From positions 96,970,001 through 97,034,000 of the forward strand of contig CM052816.1 in the NCBI GenBank assembly GCA_028534125.1: 64,000 nt of DNA, in the 5' to 3' direction. Below, piece by piece: positions 24,880-37,521 of the stretch; within the stretch, counting starts at the first letter, position 1; each line of letters starts with the position of its first letter. The notes under the pieces are model-generated. The model was not told where the DNA came from and searched no databases. It saw only the letters and a program-made list of their open reading frames with translations. Source of the stretch: Lama glama. Lineage: Eukaryota. Position numbers and translations under genes: made by a program.

Positions 24880-26189
24880 ACCATTTGTATCCTTTTTTTA
24901 AGTGATACAAATGCTAAATTCTTTTATCCCATGACTACTTTTCCACTATGATTTTCCTCACATTGCAGAACCTTAAACCTAATAAAATGAGCCTCTTCTC
25001 CCCTCCTTCTCAGAGTTACATTTAATCATAAACGTATTATGAAAAGAAACACACAACTGCCATTTTAAGCATCTCCAGTACATCACTGCCTTTCATGGTA
25101 GCTGGAAATATGTCATTTCTCTCCCTCCTAACCAGGACTTCCTGGTAGGACTTAGCATCTGTCAAGGCTGAAATTAACAGCAAAATTATAGGCTACATTG
25201 TTTCTACTTCTAGCTATCTCTATGCCAGACCACCCATTGTTAAGTGCAACAATTTAACTAAATCACTGCTCTAAATGGTCCCCATTTAATTGACACGATT
25301 GAAACCACATTCAGTGACTAGTTTTGTTTTCTCCTTTTTTTCCTGTGTTTAGGGGTAGAAGAGGTTTGTGTAACTGGTTACATGATAACCAGATTGCTCT
25401 TTAATCTTCTTGTCCACAGGGGGTCGTGCTTTACGGTTGGTCAGAAGTCTAGTCATACAGATTCTGGCTGTTTCCGGAGTTTGCAGGATAGAAAGAATCG
25501 GACATGGGGTATCTTCTGCAACGTGGGGACCTGCGCTTTGCCTGCATAACATCACTGAGAAGTCTCAGTGAGCCCCAAGTGAACATTTATGGGTCAGATA
25601 ACCATGGGGCCACTAAGAATCGTGACCATGCAGATTAATTATTGGGTTTTCAGCAGTTAGTGTAAAATCAAATAGGATCCAAGCAATTGATAAAGCATAA
25701 GAGGAAAAACTAAAAGGAAAAGCTTCACAGCTGTGGACACAAATAGCTCAAATTCAATACACATTAGAAATGATGGAATTAATCATTAAAGAATCGATTT
25801 GTACACAGCTCGACAACCACAGGGGACTGAGCCAAGAAATCCACTGGGCTTTGTGAAGAATTCAGTCAAGAGCCCGAAACAATTCCTTCCTGAGTATTGC
25901 GATAATCCTGAAAGATCGGTAAAGTCACTGCCTCCCGTGTGTGGTTCAGTCTCGGGCAGTGACTTGGGAGGCTGGGCCCTTGGGATCTTAAAAGAGAAAT
26001 GCAGATTCACTGTAAATAAGCAGTGCAAGCCAGTAAGTGGGTGATGTTAACCATACATAATTCCCATCAATAATACACTGAAGAAATCAAGGTTAAGCAA
26101 AATGAATGCAAGAAGACAGTATCAATAATGATTCAATTAAAATCAAGAAAAATAGGAACATAAAATGAGCTAAATTAACATGTCTGAGT

Positions 26190-26382
26190 CTTATAAAATA
26201 GATAAGCAGCAAGGACCTACTATATAGCACAGGGAAATGTACTCAATTTCTTGTAAAGACATATAATGGAAAAGAATCTGAAAAATATAAATATAGGTAT
26301 GCATATGTATAACTGAATCGTTTTGCTGTACACTTGGAACTAATATTTTAAATCAACTGCACTTCAATAAAAAGAATTAAAA
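26190..26382 (+). mobile_element. L1 3' UTR fragment
   Basis: aaggacctactatatagcacagggaa...aatggaaaagaatctgaaaa...aaatcaactgcacttcaataaaa. Confidence 0.9.
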
Positions 26383-26480
26383 TGTATGTATGTAACTCTG
26401 AGTCATCTGGAGATGTGTTTGATTTCATATTTAATTCAACAATCATTTTATTCTTGTTATGATTCATAATATTTATTGAA

Positions 26481-27527
26481 TGATACTGGGGAAATACCTG
26501 AAGACCATCTAAATGAGAAAAACACGCTATTTATACAGAGTTTGCCATAACAAGGGAGTCAGCCACCATCACTGTGCTTTGGGCAGAGACTCAAAGGCAG
26601 CCAAGTGGGAAAGGTTTACAGGGAAAACGGGACAAGGGATGGCTCAGGTGTACTCTGATTGGATGCTGTTGGCCAGGAGAGGTGGGAAGAGAGCTAACTA
26701 GAAGCAGGACATCCTATGTGATTGGTTAGGGCTGCACATTTGGCTTTCTCTGGCTTGTCCTAAGGTGGAAATTGGGTAAAAACTGGGGGAGCTGCCTATT
26801 TAAGGTAGATGGTCCCAGGAGATACTGTTTGGCTTTGAGATCAGTCATGGAGGCAATGGTGTTGCAATAGAGAAGAACATATCTGACTCTGTGTTAGATC
26901 TATTCCTTTAGCTGTAGCCCTGTGCTCTGTTTCCTGTGCTTGGTCATGCTGGTTCTGCACCGTTTGTAAAAGAATGTTGACTATAGCCTGGAATTACAGG
27001 ACAGCCCATTCTCAAGGCTCTGACCTTTAAAGGTCTGACACTTCCATTCATATAGAGATAAAAAGTTACAGAACAGAAAATAACATTTGTCTTGTTGAAG
27101 GTTTACGGGAACATCGTGACCTGACCTACATCGTGACCTGACCTACATGAATAGATGCAAAAACAAAGGATTCTAACACCAGAAAGTTTGCAACAACCAA
27201 CCACGCCTCCTCCCCCTTTTAGTATACAAGGAGCCTGAATTCTGACTTAAGTAAGATGGTTCTTCAGGGCATTAGTCCCCCAGCTTCCTGGTCTGCTGTC
27301 TTTCCCAATAAAGTCATTCTTCCCTGTCCCAACACGTCGTCTCCTGATTTATTGGCCTGTGACGTGGTGAGCAGAACAAATGAATCTGGGCTCAGTAGCA
27401 GTCTGACTTCCTACGTGTCTGACATAGAGAGCAAGCTGGCGTCCTGGGCCGGTTGCGGCAGATTGGGGGTCAGGGTTCTGTCTTCATATGTGGTCTGGCC
27501 CCTTGTGCATCTGTGCATTGTCTCTCA
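26481..27527 (-). mobile_element. ERV1 LTR (MER90/MER110-like), split by a younger LTR at 26860-27400
   Basis: Reverse strand begins tgagagac...ggccagaccacatatgaagacagaaccctgaccc...aggaagtcagac; left part has CCAAT-rich segments and ctgcctttgagtctctgccca. Confidence 0.6.
26860..27400 (+). mobile_element. ERV1-type solo LTR (nested)
   Basis: Starts tgttgcaa, ends ctcagtagca; TATA-like agtatacaagg ~27220; AATAAA ~27307. Confidence 0.8.
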
Positions 27528-27544
27528 CTACTCTGTGGCAGGCA

Positions 27545-27730
27545 CAGGCATGCAACATTCATTTTGCTATTTAATCTCATTTAATCCCAAAATGTTGCTG
27601 TGAGAATTCCTGTTTTACAGAGTAAGAAATTAAGGCTTCATCAGTTCAGGCAACATGTCCAACCCACAGAGTAAGTGATGGAACCAGTGGTTAGATCCAG
27701 GTCATCTGACCCCAAAGCCTGAGCTCTGGA
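27545..27730 (-). mobile_element. MIR SINE
   Basis: atctcatttaatccc...ctgttttacagagtaagaaattaaggct...tctgaccccaaagcctgagctct. Confidence 0.75.
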
Positions 27731-29077
27731 CACTGACAAGCCCTTGCCTTCCAAATGCTCACTAGTGTGGTTGGTGCTGATCATACAATTTGGAAGTCAG
27801 AAAGTAACTGAGATCAGTGTGTCTGCCTGGTTTTTGTTCCCCATTCTTCTGGAGACTTTAATCCTCTCTCAGTGTGTCTTTCATTTCAGAATATTACATC
27901 AACTTTTATAGCAGACGATCAATCAAAAAGTCTATCTGCCCAGAGGAAGAGCACCCCATCCCCACCCCAAGCTTCCTCACTCATTTTACCAAAAGCGCAC
28001 TGAGTAAACAGTACCTTCTAGGCAGGAGCTCACAACGCTAGTTCTGAAGTCTGCAATAAAGCCAAGTGGGGAAAGAGCTCAATTAAAAGTTCGGTCAAAA
28101 ATGTAGTTGCTTAAGAAGAATTTGAAGCCTTTTTAATGCCCCTTCTAAATAAACAGATTTTAAATGGATATCCTTTAAAAATCCAAAAGTAAAATAATTT
28201 TAATGAAACAGCAGAATTGGGAAATTATACAGCAGGGAAGCAGAATAAAATTTGGTTAGTAAGACTATTCCAATTAGATGCATTTTTGAATTTTGTTGCT
28301 ATCACAGGACTCTGCATTTTCAAAGGTCAGAGCACTTTGCTCTCTTCTGCTGTGGTGGGTGTGCAGCCACCACAGAGTGAAAGTTAGGGACGCCGGAGGA
28401 ATTACGAGCACATGCAAACTACTTAAACACTGGATTCCATTTTGCAATGTGTTTACAGAAAAACAAATTAAAGAATAACTTTCCTTTGCTTAAATTGTAA
28501 AATATTCTAGGTCAAATTAAATATGAATAAGGATTATATTTACCAGTGTTGGAGAATATTAGGGTGCAATGCAAGTGCAGACCCACAGTTTGGAAATGCA
28601 GCAATAATCCCCAAGCTGCTCGTACAACAACTATCCTTGGGAGTCACCAGAGATAAGAGAATCAACTTCACTTCTGTTATCTGTGCCTTAGATTTATGTT
28701 TTTTCACATTATGGTAAAGGCCCGAATGTTCACCAATTGTCCCCAGTAAGTGGTTAGGGGAGAAATTCTGAAAAGATAGGGCTGCTTTTAACTCAAGCTT
28801 TTAGCCTCCTGGTCTAGGAAATGAGTAAGAGCTGCACTGCTGGAGAAAATTCTTGTTAGCCTTCTAGAGAGAAAATCACAGGGGGAGAGACAGGAGGGCT
28901 GTATACACCCCAGGCCCGCAGAAGTCTGTTTCAGAAGTCCAGAGCACCCCGAGCACCTGCACAGAGCTGGGGTCAGCCAGCCAGCACTGTTCCAGGAAAG
29001 AGCTGCATATTCTGAGCTGGAGGCTCCTGCTGCTTCAGCGGAGGGGCAGGGAGGAGAAACAGAAATGAACCTTGCAG

Positions 29078-29182
29078 TGGATGATCACATGTCACATCTG
29101 TCTAGGACATTCCCAGTTTATAACCAATTGTCCTGGAGTGATTTTTATTAGTGACAGAAGTGTCCTAGTTTAGCCTAAAGGT
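29078..29182. mobile_element. hAT-Blackjack MER94-like DNA transposon remnant
   Basis: ggacattcccagttta...ttgtcctggagtgatttttattagtg...aagtgtcctagttt matches recalled MER94 layout with CpG decay. Confidence 0.5.
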
Positions 29183-29869
29183 GGCAGAGCTGAGGACTAG
29201 GGACATTCTACCCTTCACATCTGGCCAACCTGAATTCACCTGTGGTCCCCAGTACCCCTCTTTTTAAGCATAAGAAGTGGCGGTAGGGGAATGACATCCT
29301 AATATAAAGTAGTTTTTTTTGGTAATCTCTGAGAGAGAAGAAGAAAGTGTCAACAATGGTTGCTTAGCAGAAGTCTAGAAACCTGATTGCTTCCATTCTA
29401 AGCACAGCTTGTAAAAGTCTGACTTTTCAAATGATTCTTGTCCATGAGCGCACCTGGAGATATAAAAGGAACACCAGGTGTGCAACAACAAGAGATGAGT
29501 TTTCTACTGTTTGTTTGGGGCTATTTATACATCTTCCATTATCGGAGTTCTAAATACCCCAAACCTGGATGGAACTCCTCATGAATTTCTGCCCCAGGGA
29601 CCTGGGGAGCCTGGTCTTCACAGCAATTTCTTCCTTATCTTACTTTCTGCTGATAACAAAACAAAAGCCCAACTGGAGGCTTGATCTGAACCGTATTCCC
29701 ACATAAAACATAGGCACATCTCCACTTGGAAAGGAGAGAAAACTTTCCTCTTCTACCCCCACAAAATCCGTCTCTTTATTTTGACACTGAAATAATTACC
29801 TCTAACTCGCCTCAACAGTTCCCCTTCTGGTTACCAGCAATTACCTCACACTGACCAACCTTCCTGAAT

Positions 29870-30360
29870 ACTTCTGCATCAAATCTGGACAAAATGTAAA
29901 AACCTACACCTTGAAGGAACCGGAGGGCAACTAAAAGAAATCAAAGGACAGATTTGGGGGCAACTACAGCATCTGGAAGGTGATGGGAGAAAAATCCATG
30001 AGAGGGGACTCTCAGATGGGGAGCCCAAGATTTGGGACAGCAACTCTGCACGGAGCGCTTGCTGGCCCTGAGCCCCTCCTGTGCAGACAGGTCACAGGCA
30101 GCACAGCTAAGGTTGTAACAACAGAACAGAGACCTTGGCGGCTGCCCACCATCAGGGAGACAGCGTTTGGAGTTTAAGTCCAATCAAATCAACTGCCTGC
30201 GGAAAAAAATCAAGACCTGTCAAAGAAACATAACAGAAGAGTCTTTATACTATTCACAGTGATCAAGAAATAATCCAAAATTACTAGACATACAAAGAAA
30301 CAGGAAAATGTGACCCCTATTCAAGGGAAAATGTGGCCAATGGAGTCTTCATGCCCTACG
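29870..30360 (+). mobile_element. Old L1M 5'/ORF1-start fragment
   Basis: aatccaaaattactagacatacaaagaaacaggaaaatgtgaccc. Confidence 0.55.
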
Positions 30361-31756
30361 GAGTTAGGAGGAGGAAATGGAAAGATGCAAACACAGTTAG
30401 AAGCATGGGATTCTCTGAGACTCACTGCTGGACAGAACCCTCTGCTCAGAATACCCACATCACCCACTTTTAATTTTCAAAGGTCCGCTCTTTAAGCATC
30501 CTCAATTTAAGCCCTCATTGATTAATACTATCTTAATACTTTACTATCAGCAGTAGAGGACAAGGAAAGTGGGACCATGTCTGACTGAAAAAAGGAACAG
30601 AAGGTTTTATGTTTCTTTGGCTGTGTAAGTTTGCTTTGAACTTGCCTGTGCCTGGTGACACGTGGAATTTAGAAAGCTACTGGAGAATTACTAAGGTACA
30701 ACGGCTCTGCTGCCCATTTACTATATGTATCTTATAAAGACTTTGGAGGTGATCTAATTTAACCTCATTGTCTAAAACTTAGTCTTAAAAAGGTCAAGAT
30801 TGAACGTGGTCACACAGGTAGTTGCAGTGATAGGAACAGCTCATGCCTGGGTCCCTGGCACTCTGTGCTTCAGCAATCTTCCATTGATTATTGTACTCAT
30901 GTCACTGCATCTTTATTGCATGCTTTCACAAGGAGGATGAGGTTCCAGCACTCAGTCTACACTTGGCATTCAACCTCCAGAGCTGCTCTTCCCTGATTTA
31001 GGCTGTCAGACCCTTATCTCTTAAGATTCTTTCCAGTACAATGTTCATTTCTTATGAGGGCTTTCTATTTGTTAATTTTCCCTACATGTCATTACCTCCA
31101 AGATTAATCCGTAAGAATCTAAATAAAGCCAGACATTTCATTAGGCAAATTAACTGCATGACAGGAACTAAACACACCCAGTGTTGACTCTGAAATGAGA
31201 GCCGAGGAAACCAGTTTCCAGACAGCAGAACAAGAATCTAACATGTGGCTCATCCTTGCCCAACCTTTCACTTTCCCTAGAGAATTATGAAAGTGAACGT
31301 ATGCCTACTTTTGCTTGATTCTTTTCCTTTAGCACCTTTTGTGAATATGATTTTGCTGTCTAATACTGTATCAGTAAATTGGAGGTAGTTCCCACACTTC
31401 GGGTTTTCAACATAATTTTTTTTTATCAACTTTTGCTTTATTTGTTAAAGTTGCAGAAGTGGGGAGGTGTTCTCGCATATATGCATTCACATATTGCCCC
31501 GAGCCTAAGGCTTCATTAGCTTTCGCTTTTGTGAGTTCTGCAAAGAAGCCCTGCTGTTGTGCGCTCACGGCAGCAAACTCCCTCCACCCACACAGAAGTG
31601 AGTAAGTATCTGTCCTCTAGACACAATCCTAAGTCAGTTCGGGGGCGACCAGATATTAGGGGCTATGTTTAAAAGTTACCTCTATTCTGCTCCTTCTTAC
31701 TTAGTTCATTTGAAAGTGATATTCTATATACATTCCACAATTGTCTGAAAATCTCT

Positions 31757-32055
31757 GTATAATAGTTTCCCATTGCCGTTATAACAAAATTCCACAACCT
31801 TATTGGCTTTAAACAGTACCAGTTTATTATCTTGCAGTTCTGGAGAGCCGAAGTTCAAAATGAGTCTCACTGGTCTAAAGTCAATGTGTCAACGGAACTG
31901 CCTTCCTTCCGGAGAGAAGTTGTTCCTTGCCTTTTCCAGCTTCCCGAGGCTGCCTGTGTTCCTTGGCCTGTGGCCCCTTTCTTCGTCCTCAAAACCAGCA
32001 GCATAGCACAGTAGTATCTTCAGCTCTTCTCTTCCACATTTAAGGCCCTTGTGAT
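31757..32055 (-). mobile_element. MaLR MLT1D-like LTR fragment
   Basis: tttattatcttgcagttctggag...tccttgccttttccagcttcccgaggctgcctgtgttccttggcctgtggcccc. Confidence 0.85.
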
Positions 32056-32352
32056 GTCATATTAAGTGAAGTAAGTCAGACAGAGAAAGACAAATATCAT
32101 ATGATATCACTTACCTGTGGAATATAAAAAGTATGATGCAAATTTTACTTACAAACCAAAAGTAGACTCAGCAACATAGAAACAAACTATGGTTACCAAA
32201 GGGGAAAGGGCAGGGATGGATAAATAGGAGTTTGGGATTAACAGATACACGCTACTACATATAAAGGAGATAAACAACAAGGACTTACTGTATAGCACAG
32301 AGAATTATATTCAATTTCTTGGAATAACCTATAAAAAGAAAAGAATCTGAAA

Positions 32353-32385
<33 letters not shown>

Positions 32386-32480
32386 CGTAACTGAACCACT
32401 TTGCCGTATACCTGAAACTAACATTGTAAATCAACTACACTTCAATAAAAAACAAAACTTTTGTATTTAAAAATAAATTT
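32056..32480 (+). mobile_element. Artiodactyl-type L1 3' end with (TG)n microsatellite at ~32354-32382
   Basis: taagtgaagtaagtcagacagagaaagacaaatatcatatgatatcactt; ggagtttgggattaacagatacac; aataaaa tail. Confidence 0.92.
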
Positions 32481-34699
32481 TTAAAAAATATTAATTTTTA
32501 TTTACTGCAAAATATTCTAGAGCACAGGCTCACACACAGCTTTCCATTTAAGAAGAGTCTATATTTAGGTAATTGATGACCTTCTAGAACAGTGATGAGC
32601 ACCCACGTGTGAAATTGGAATGCACAGGTGAAACTTTCTCCCCTCCTGAGTCTCAAGAAAGCACATGGTGTGAAGTCAGCCCCTTCTAATGACTGACTTA
32701 CGCCGCTTTACTGAAGTCAAAAGACTTGAGGAAATGACCTTGCTTGTTTCCTTCTACACACCCCGGGGGAAGCTGGCTGCCCCTCCCTGAGTTAAGCTGT
32801 CACTTTTTACTGCTCTTTTGGAGCTTATCAATATCTTCCTTCTTATTACATAGACACCTTACAAAGTATGAGCTTCTGCAGGACAGAGTCTGTGATCATC
32901 TCGGATCCCAAACAGCCCCCACGACAACGCTTCCCCTGAGGCTGACTCAAGTGGATTGAACGTGAAAGGATTCGTTCCAGGATCCTCGCAGATGCTCTAA
33001 TCCCCATCCCCAGACTCGACAGGGCAAGAGTGGCCTATGAACAGTTCCCTTATATTTAAGAGGTAAAATTCTTCTAGAACGTGAAAGAAAAAAAAAGCTG
33101 GTATTTTTACTTGTCATGGTGCACAACTGTGCTCTACAGATCTGCTCTCTGCTTTTTTTTTTTTTTTTTGATAAAACACACTTTGCTCAGTCTCCCGGCT
33201 TTTACTGATGACATCTGTTTATTTCAGCACGCCTGGTACTCTGTAACACTCCAAACCCACATCAAGTGCTGCAGAGCTTCACAAACTTGTGCTCGACCCA
33301 AAAAGACAAGTATTGACACAGCCCCTTAATCCAGCTAAAAGATCAGTCTTGTCTGTAGGCAACTAGGGTAAGATCAAGGACAATGCCGAGCACGTGTGTG
33401 GGTGTTTATGGCTTCATGCAACCCAGGGTTCTTCCTACCCTTTGCCCAGGTGAACTGAGAGGGGGATCCAGAGACCTGAGTGACACGGATCAGAGGGAGA
33501 CAGCCCGCATGGACTCTCGCCCACAGGCAGCTACAAAGACCCACTCAGGAGGCCCCATCCCAGAACACTGACTGTAAGAAGACTGAGCTGCAGCCCTGAT
33601 TCTGCCCCAGTGAGATCTGTCGCTCCTGCTCAGCTTCCTCAAGGGTGGAGTGAGGGGGCTTGTAACTAGATTTGCTCCAAAGACAATGCAAGCTTTCGTA
33701 CTTTGTTCTTTAAAAAACATTAGGGACAAACACCAGTCAGGTTGAGATGCATAATATTGTAAACACGTCCAAGAGTTTCATAATATTGTAAAGGATGTGC
33801 CTCTCTCTGGAAAGACAGTGAAAATGAGATGTTTGCAGCGGCAGTCAGAAGTCCTCTATGATTTAGGAGCACAAAGGTGATCATAAATGATGGTGTGACT
33901 GAAGGAGCACAAAGCACACGGCATCTCAAGATTTCTATTATTCTCCAGAGCACAGAAGCCAAGACCCATAGATTTTATTCCTGAAAGAGACAAGGGAGAG
34001 GGGTGTGCCCTGATGAAGCACGATGTGAGACTCCAAGCAGTTATTAAAGTAGAATTGTGAATGCAATTTTTGTCTCTTTTTTTGTTTTATGAAGATGCAT
34101 ATTTTAGTCCATATCAACTGTATTACCTTGAATCTGGGAGAAAATCATAAGGTGACAGAAATCAAAGAAGCAGTATCAAAACATGGTTAGACATGGTCAC
34201 TCTAAAGCATAGGCATACTTTACACTGAGTTGCCAAATATATCACTTTCCTAAAGATTATAAAAGGTTTATAGACCTCTCATTGGAATTAGGTTTTCTTT
34301 AATGATGCACATTTCTAAAATCTATATTGTATAAGCGCTGTTAGATGCAGCCATATTTTAATCATATTCGTCTATGATTTGTTTATTGAAGAAGTAGTGT
34401 GTGCGAAGGCCCTTCTCATTCAAGACACTGACATATGGGGTGCTTGAAGGATGTGGCCACTTCAGTCTCTTCTTGGAAGAGTTACAAGATGTGAGAGACG
34501 GTGCACCCGCAAAGAACCAGCCAGCAATGCGGTGACAGATAAGCTCTGCTAAAAATTCTTTTCAGTCTTAAATCCAAACTCTTGCTGATTTTCTCAACAA
34601 GTCTGCAGAATAGACGGTAGGTAATATTGCTCCAAATTAGCCAACGAAGGCACAAACTCAGGTCACCAAGGAAACTGAGTAATGCAGGTCTTTATTTCC

Positions 34700-35130
34700 T
34701 CCTGAAATAGCAAGCTGTTCTTACAACCGACGGGAGATACACGTTATTTCCTGATGCAGAGATTACAAATCAAAGAAAGCTTATTAAAATGCGCCTTTGA
34801 TTTGAGTCAGGAAGAACACATGTGAGTTCTCTTCATGGAGTTGAGGATGTTGAGCGTTTCAGATGGAGGAAGAGCCCGGGCAGAAGGATGAAGACGCTGC
34901 AGTGTAAGTCACTTTACCTACGAGCACGCGCTCTGACCGAAGGACAAAGTTCCTGCAGAGCAACAGGGGCAGTGAGCGTGGAGAGGACGACAGCGCGGCA
35001 GGGTCTGCTGTGTCCAAGTTGGAGCTTCAGATGAGCAGTTAATTCCACGAAAAGCTTGAATCATTGGAAATACTTAAGCAAAAGACAGTGATATATGAAA
35101 CTGGTGATTTAGAAAGAGTAACCTAGAAGA
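34700..35130 (-). mobile_element. Degenerate L2 fragment
   Basis: cattggaaatacttaagcaaaagacagtgata...tttagaaagagtaacct resembles antisense L2. Confidence 0.4.
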
Positions 35131-35299
35131 GACTTATTCACTCTTATCTACAGACTTAAAGGCAATCTTACTTCATTCATGGGGGATGGAAGGAAATGGG
35201 AATTAATGGGGGGATGTATGAGAATAAGAAACTTAGTTCTGACCTTTGAACACCAAAGAAGGTATGTCACTACCACACAAAGTCCAGACGCTGCGCTGA

Positions 35300-35711
35300 C
35301 TTCTGAGTCCAAGTACTAAGGCCATATCATCAGAAACCAGCCCCCTCTCCCTACGTCTCTCGGTTCTGGTTTCCTCTGTGTTGGTATTTCTCTCGGGCAC
35401 ACTTTATGCAAGTGGTAGACAAGAAGGCGCTGTCGCTCTAAGCGTACGTGATATTTGCCAGCTAGGAGCTCGTGAAGGAGAATATGTTCTCTCTCCAGTA
35501 TCGCTCTCCATCCCTCTCGGACTGGTGCCTTTAGGGTCTCAGGTCTCCATGAGCCCTGGAGGAGAAAGTTCTCTGATGAGTCAGCTCGGGCCACAGGCCC
35601 TCCCCTGCACTGAGGGAGGTGACATTGATGGTCTGTTGATCTGGGTGGGGCTGGGATTTGCAGACTAACAAACCACTCCCTCATGCCTGTGACTTAAAAC
35701 AGCAAAGGTTT
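35300..35711 (-). mobile_element. Old MaLR (MLT1J/K-like) fragments
   Basis: ctctcggttctggtttcctctgtgttggtatt; ctctgatgagtcagctcgggccac; caaaccactcc...gtgacttaaaacagcaa; similar MLT1-like sequence resumes ~36230-36390. Confidence 0.45.
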
Positions 35712-36224
35712 CTGTAGATGGCAGTAGTTCATTATTTTTCATACCTGAGTAGTATTCCATTGTATGTGCATACACGTCTTCTTTATCTATTTATCTATTA
35801 ATGGACACATGGATGGACCCAGAGATTATCATATTAAGTGAAGTAAGTCAGACAAAGATAATTATCATATGGTATCACTCATGCGTGGACTCTAAAAAAT
35901 AATACAAATAAATTTCTTTACAAAACAGAAACAGCCTCACAGACATAGAAAACAATCTTATGGTTATCAAAGGGGAAAGGGTGGGGGAGGGATAAATTAA
36001 GAGTATGGGATTAGCAGATACACACTACTATACAGAAAACAGATAAACAACAAAGACTTACTGTATGACACAGAGAACTATATTCAATACCTTGTAATAA
36101 CCTATAATAGAAATGAACATGAAAAAGAATATATGTATATATTTGAAACACTTTGCCATATATCAGGAGCTAACAAAATATTGTAAATCAACTGTACTTC
36201 AATTTAAAAAACAAACAAGCAAAC
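35712..36224 (+). mobile_element. 5'-inverted L1 3' end (antisense 35712-35808, sense 35807-36224)
   Basis: Antisense ctgagtagtattccattgtatg...atggacac abuts sense acatggatggacccagagattatcatattaagtgaagtaagtcagaca. Confidence 0.9.
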
Positions 36225-36650
36225 TTAAGACTTCCACCAGGAAGTAACATCAGTTACTTCCTCCCTCATTCCTCAGGTCAAAGCTAGTCAGAATACAACA
36301 CTCGCTTTCGAAGAGGCAGAAAGTGCAACCTTATCATGCTCCCAGCAGGAGCCGGGAAACGATCTGTGAAAGGCAGCAGTGACCCCCATGTAGCCCCCTA
36401 GAGTCACAGGAAGTTCGGAAGCATACTCTGGAAAAGAAGGGATAAGGCAATATTCAGTTGAGCTCCGCACCAAAAACTTCGCTGTGTTACAGTTAGGAGA
36501 ATCCAGCCTTAATGTGAGATGGATAAGATAGAAGGGGCAGCAGTGAAAGTCGGTTCAAAGGAATAATCATTAGGACTTAGTGAGAAATGGGCTAGAAAAA
36601 GAAAGCACACTTAACTAGCACTGAGGCTTTGGGACTGTGGTGTTACTCAC

Positions 36651-36692
36651 TTTTTATTTATTCATTTTATTTATTCATTTTTATTTATTCAT
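36651..36692 (+). repeat. Short tandem repeat, ~(TTTTATTTATTCA)x3
   Basis: ttttatttattca repeated three times, seen directly. Confidence 0.85.
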
Positions 36693-36859
36693 GGTACCTG
36701 AAGAGACTGAGGTAGTCAAAACAGAAACAGAAACATGAGGATAAGGAAAGAGTTAATAAAGGGAAATTACCGAACTCAAAATGTCTAGAAGGCAGACGAA
36801 AATGTGACCTCGAGTATCCCACAAGGTCACTGTCATAAGACTTTCTACAGTGGAGATTC

Positions 36860-37216
36860 TTCCGAGCAGCATTATGTTCCCTCAAAATGAATGCACGGAA
36901 CTCCTAACCCCCAGAACCTCAGAATGTGACTGTACTTGGAGACAGTGTCTTTCAAGAGATAATTAAGGTAAAATGAGGTCACTCAAGTGGCCCTGGGGTC
37001 CTTATAAGAGGAAGTTAGGATTCAGACACACAAAGACAGAAGACCAGGTGAAGCCACCAGAGGGGGACCATCATCTATGCACCAGGGACAGAAGCCCTCC
37101 GAAGAAACCAGCCTGACTTTGGACACTGAGCCTCCAGAACTGTGAGGACATAACCGGGCTGCGCAAGCCACCCAGGCTGTGGTTTCTTGTGAGGGCAGCC
37201 TGGGCGGACTTAGACG
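36860..37216 (+). mobile_element. MaLR MLT1B-like solo LTR
   Basis: ctcctaacccccagaacctcagaatgtgactgtacttggagacag...aattaaggtaaaatgaggtca...gcctccagaactgtgag. Confidence 0.88.
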
Positions 37217-37521
37217 ACAACTTCAGAAAGAATTTCAAACTGGAGTTTGAAATAAGAAGCTTGTGATTTCATATTTGTACAATTTGCATAGAATTCTCAC
37301 AGACGCTGTGGGAGAGATTCTGAAACCCAGTCCAAGTTAAAGCTGTATTCACGTTGTGCTGAAGTGCATTGTGTCCTCATTATTTGCCTTCAGTTACCCC
37401 ATAAGTGACTCAAATTCTAAACTCTGCTTTTAGAGGGAAATTGCTGATCAGAAGAACAGGGAAAGTGTCCCCTGGAGTGTGGCAGCTTTGTGACACGCAG
37501 GTAATACTGATGACTCACAGC

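Noticed and set aside
25395..25570. Possible exon after tcttcttgtccacag
   Set aside because: No convincing frame, donor or homology.
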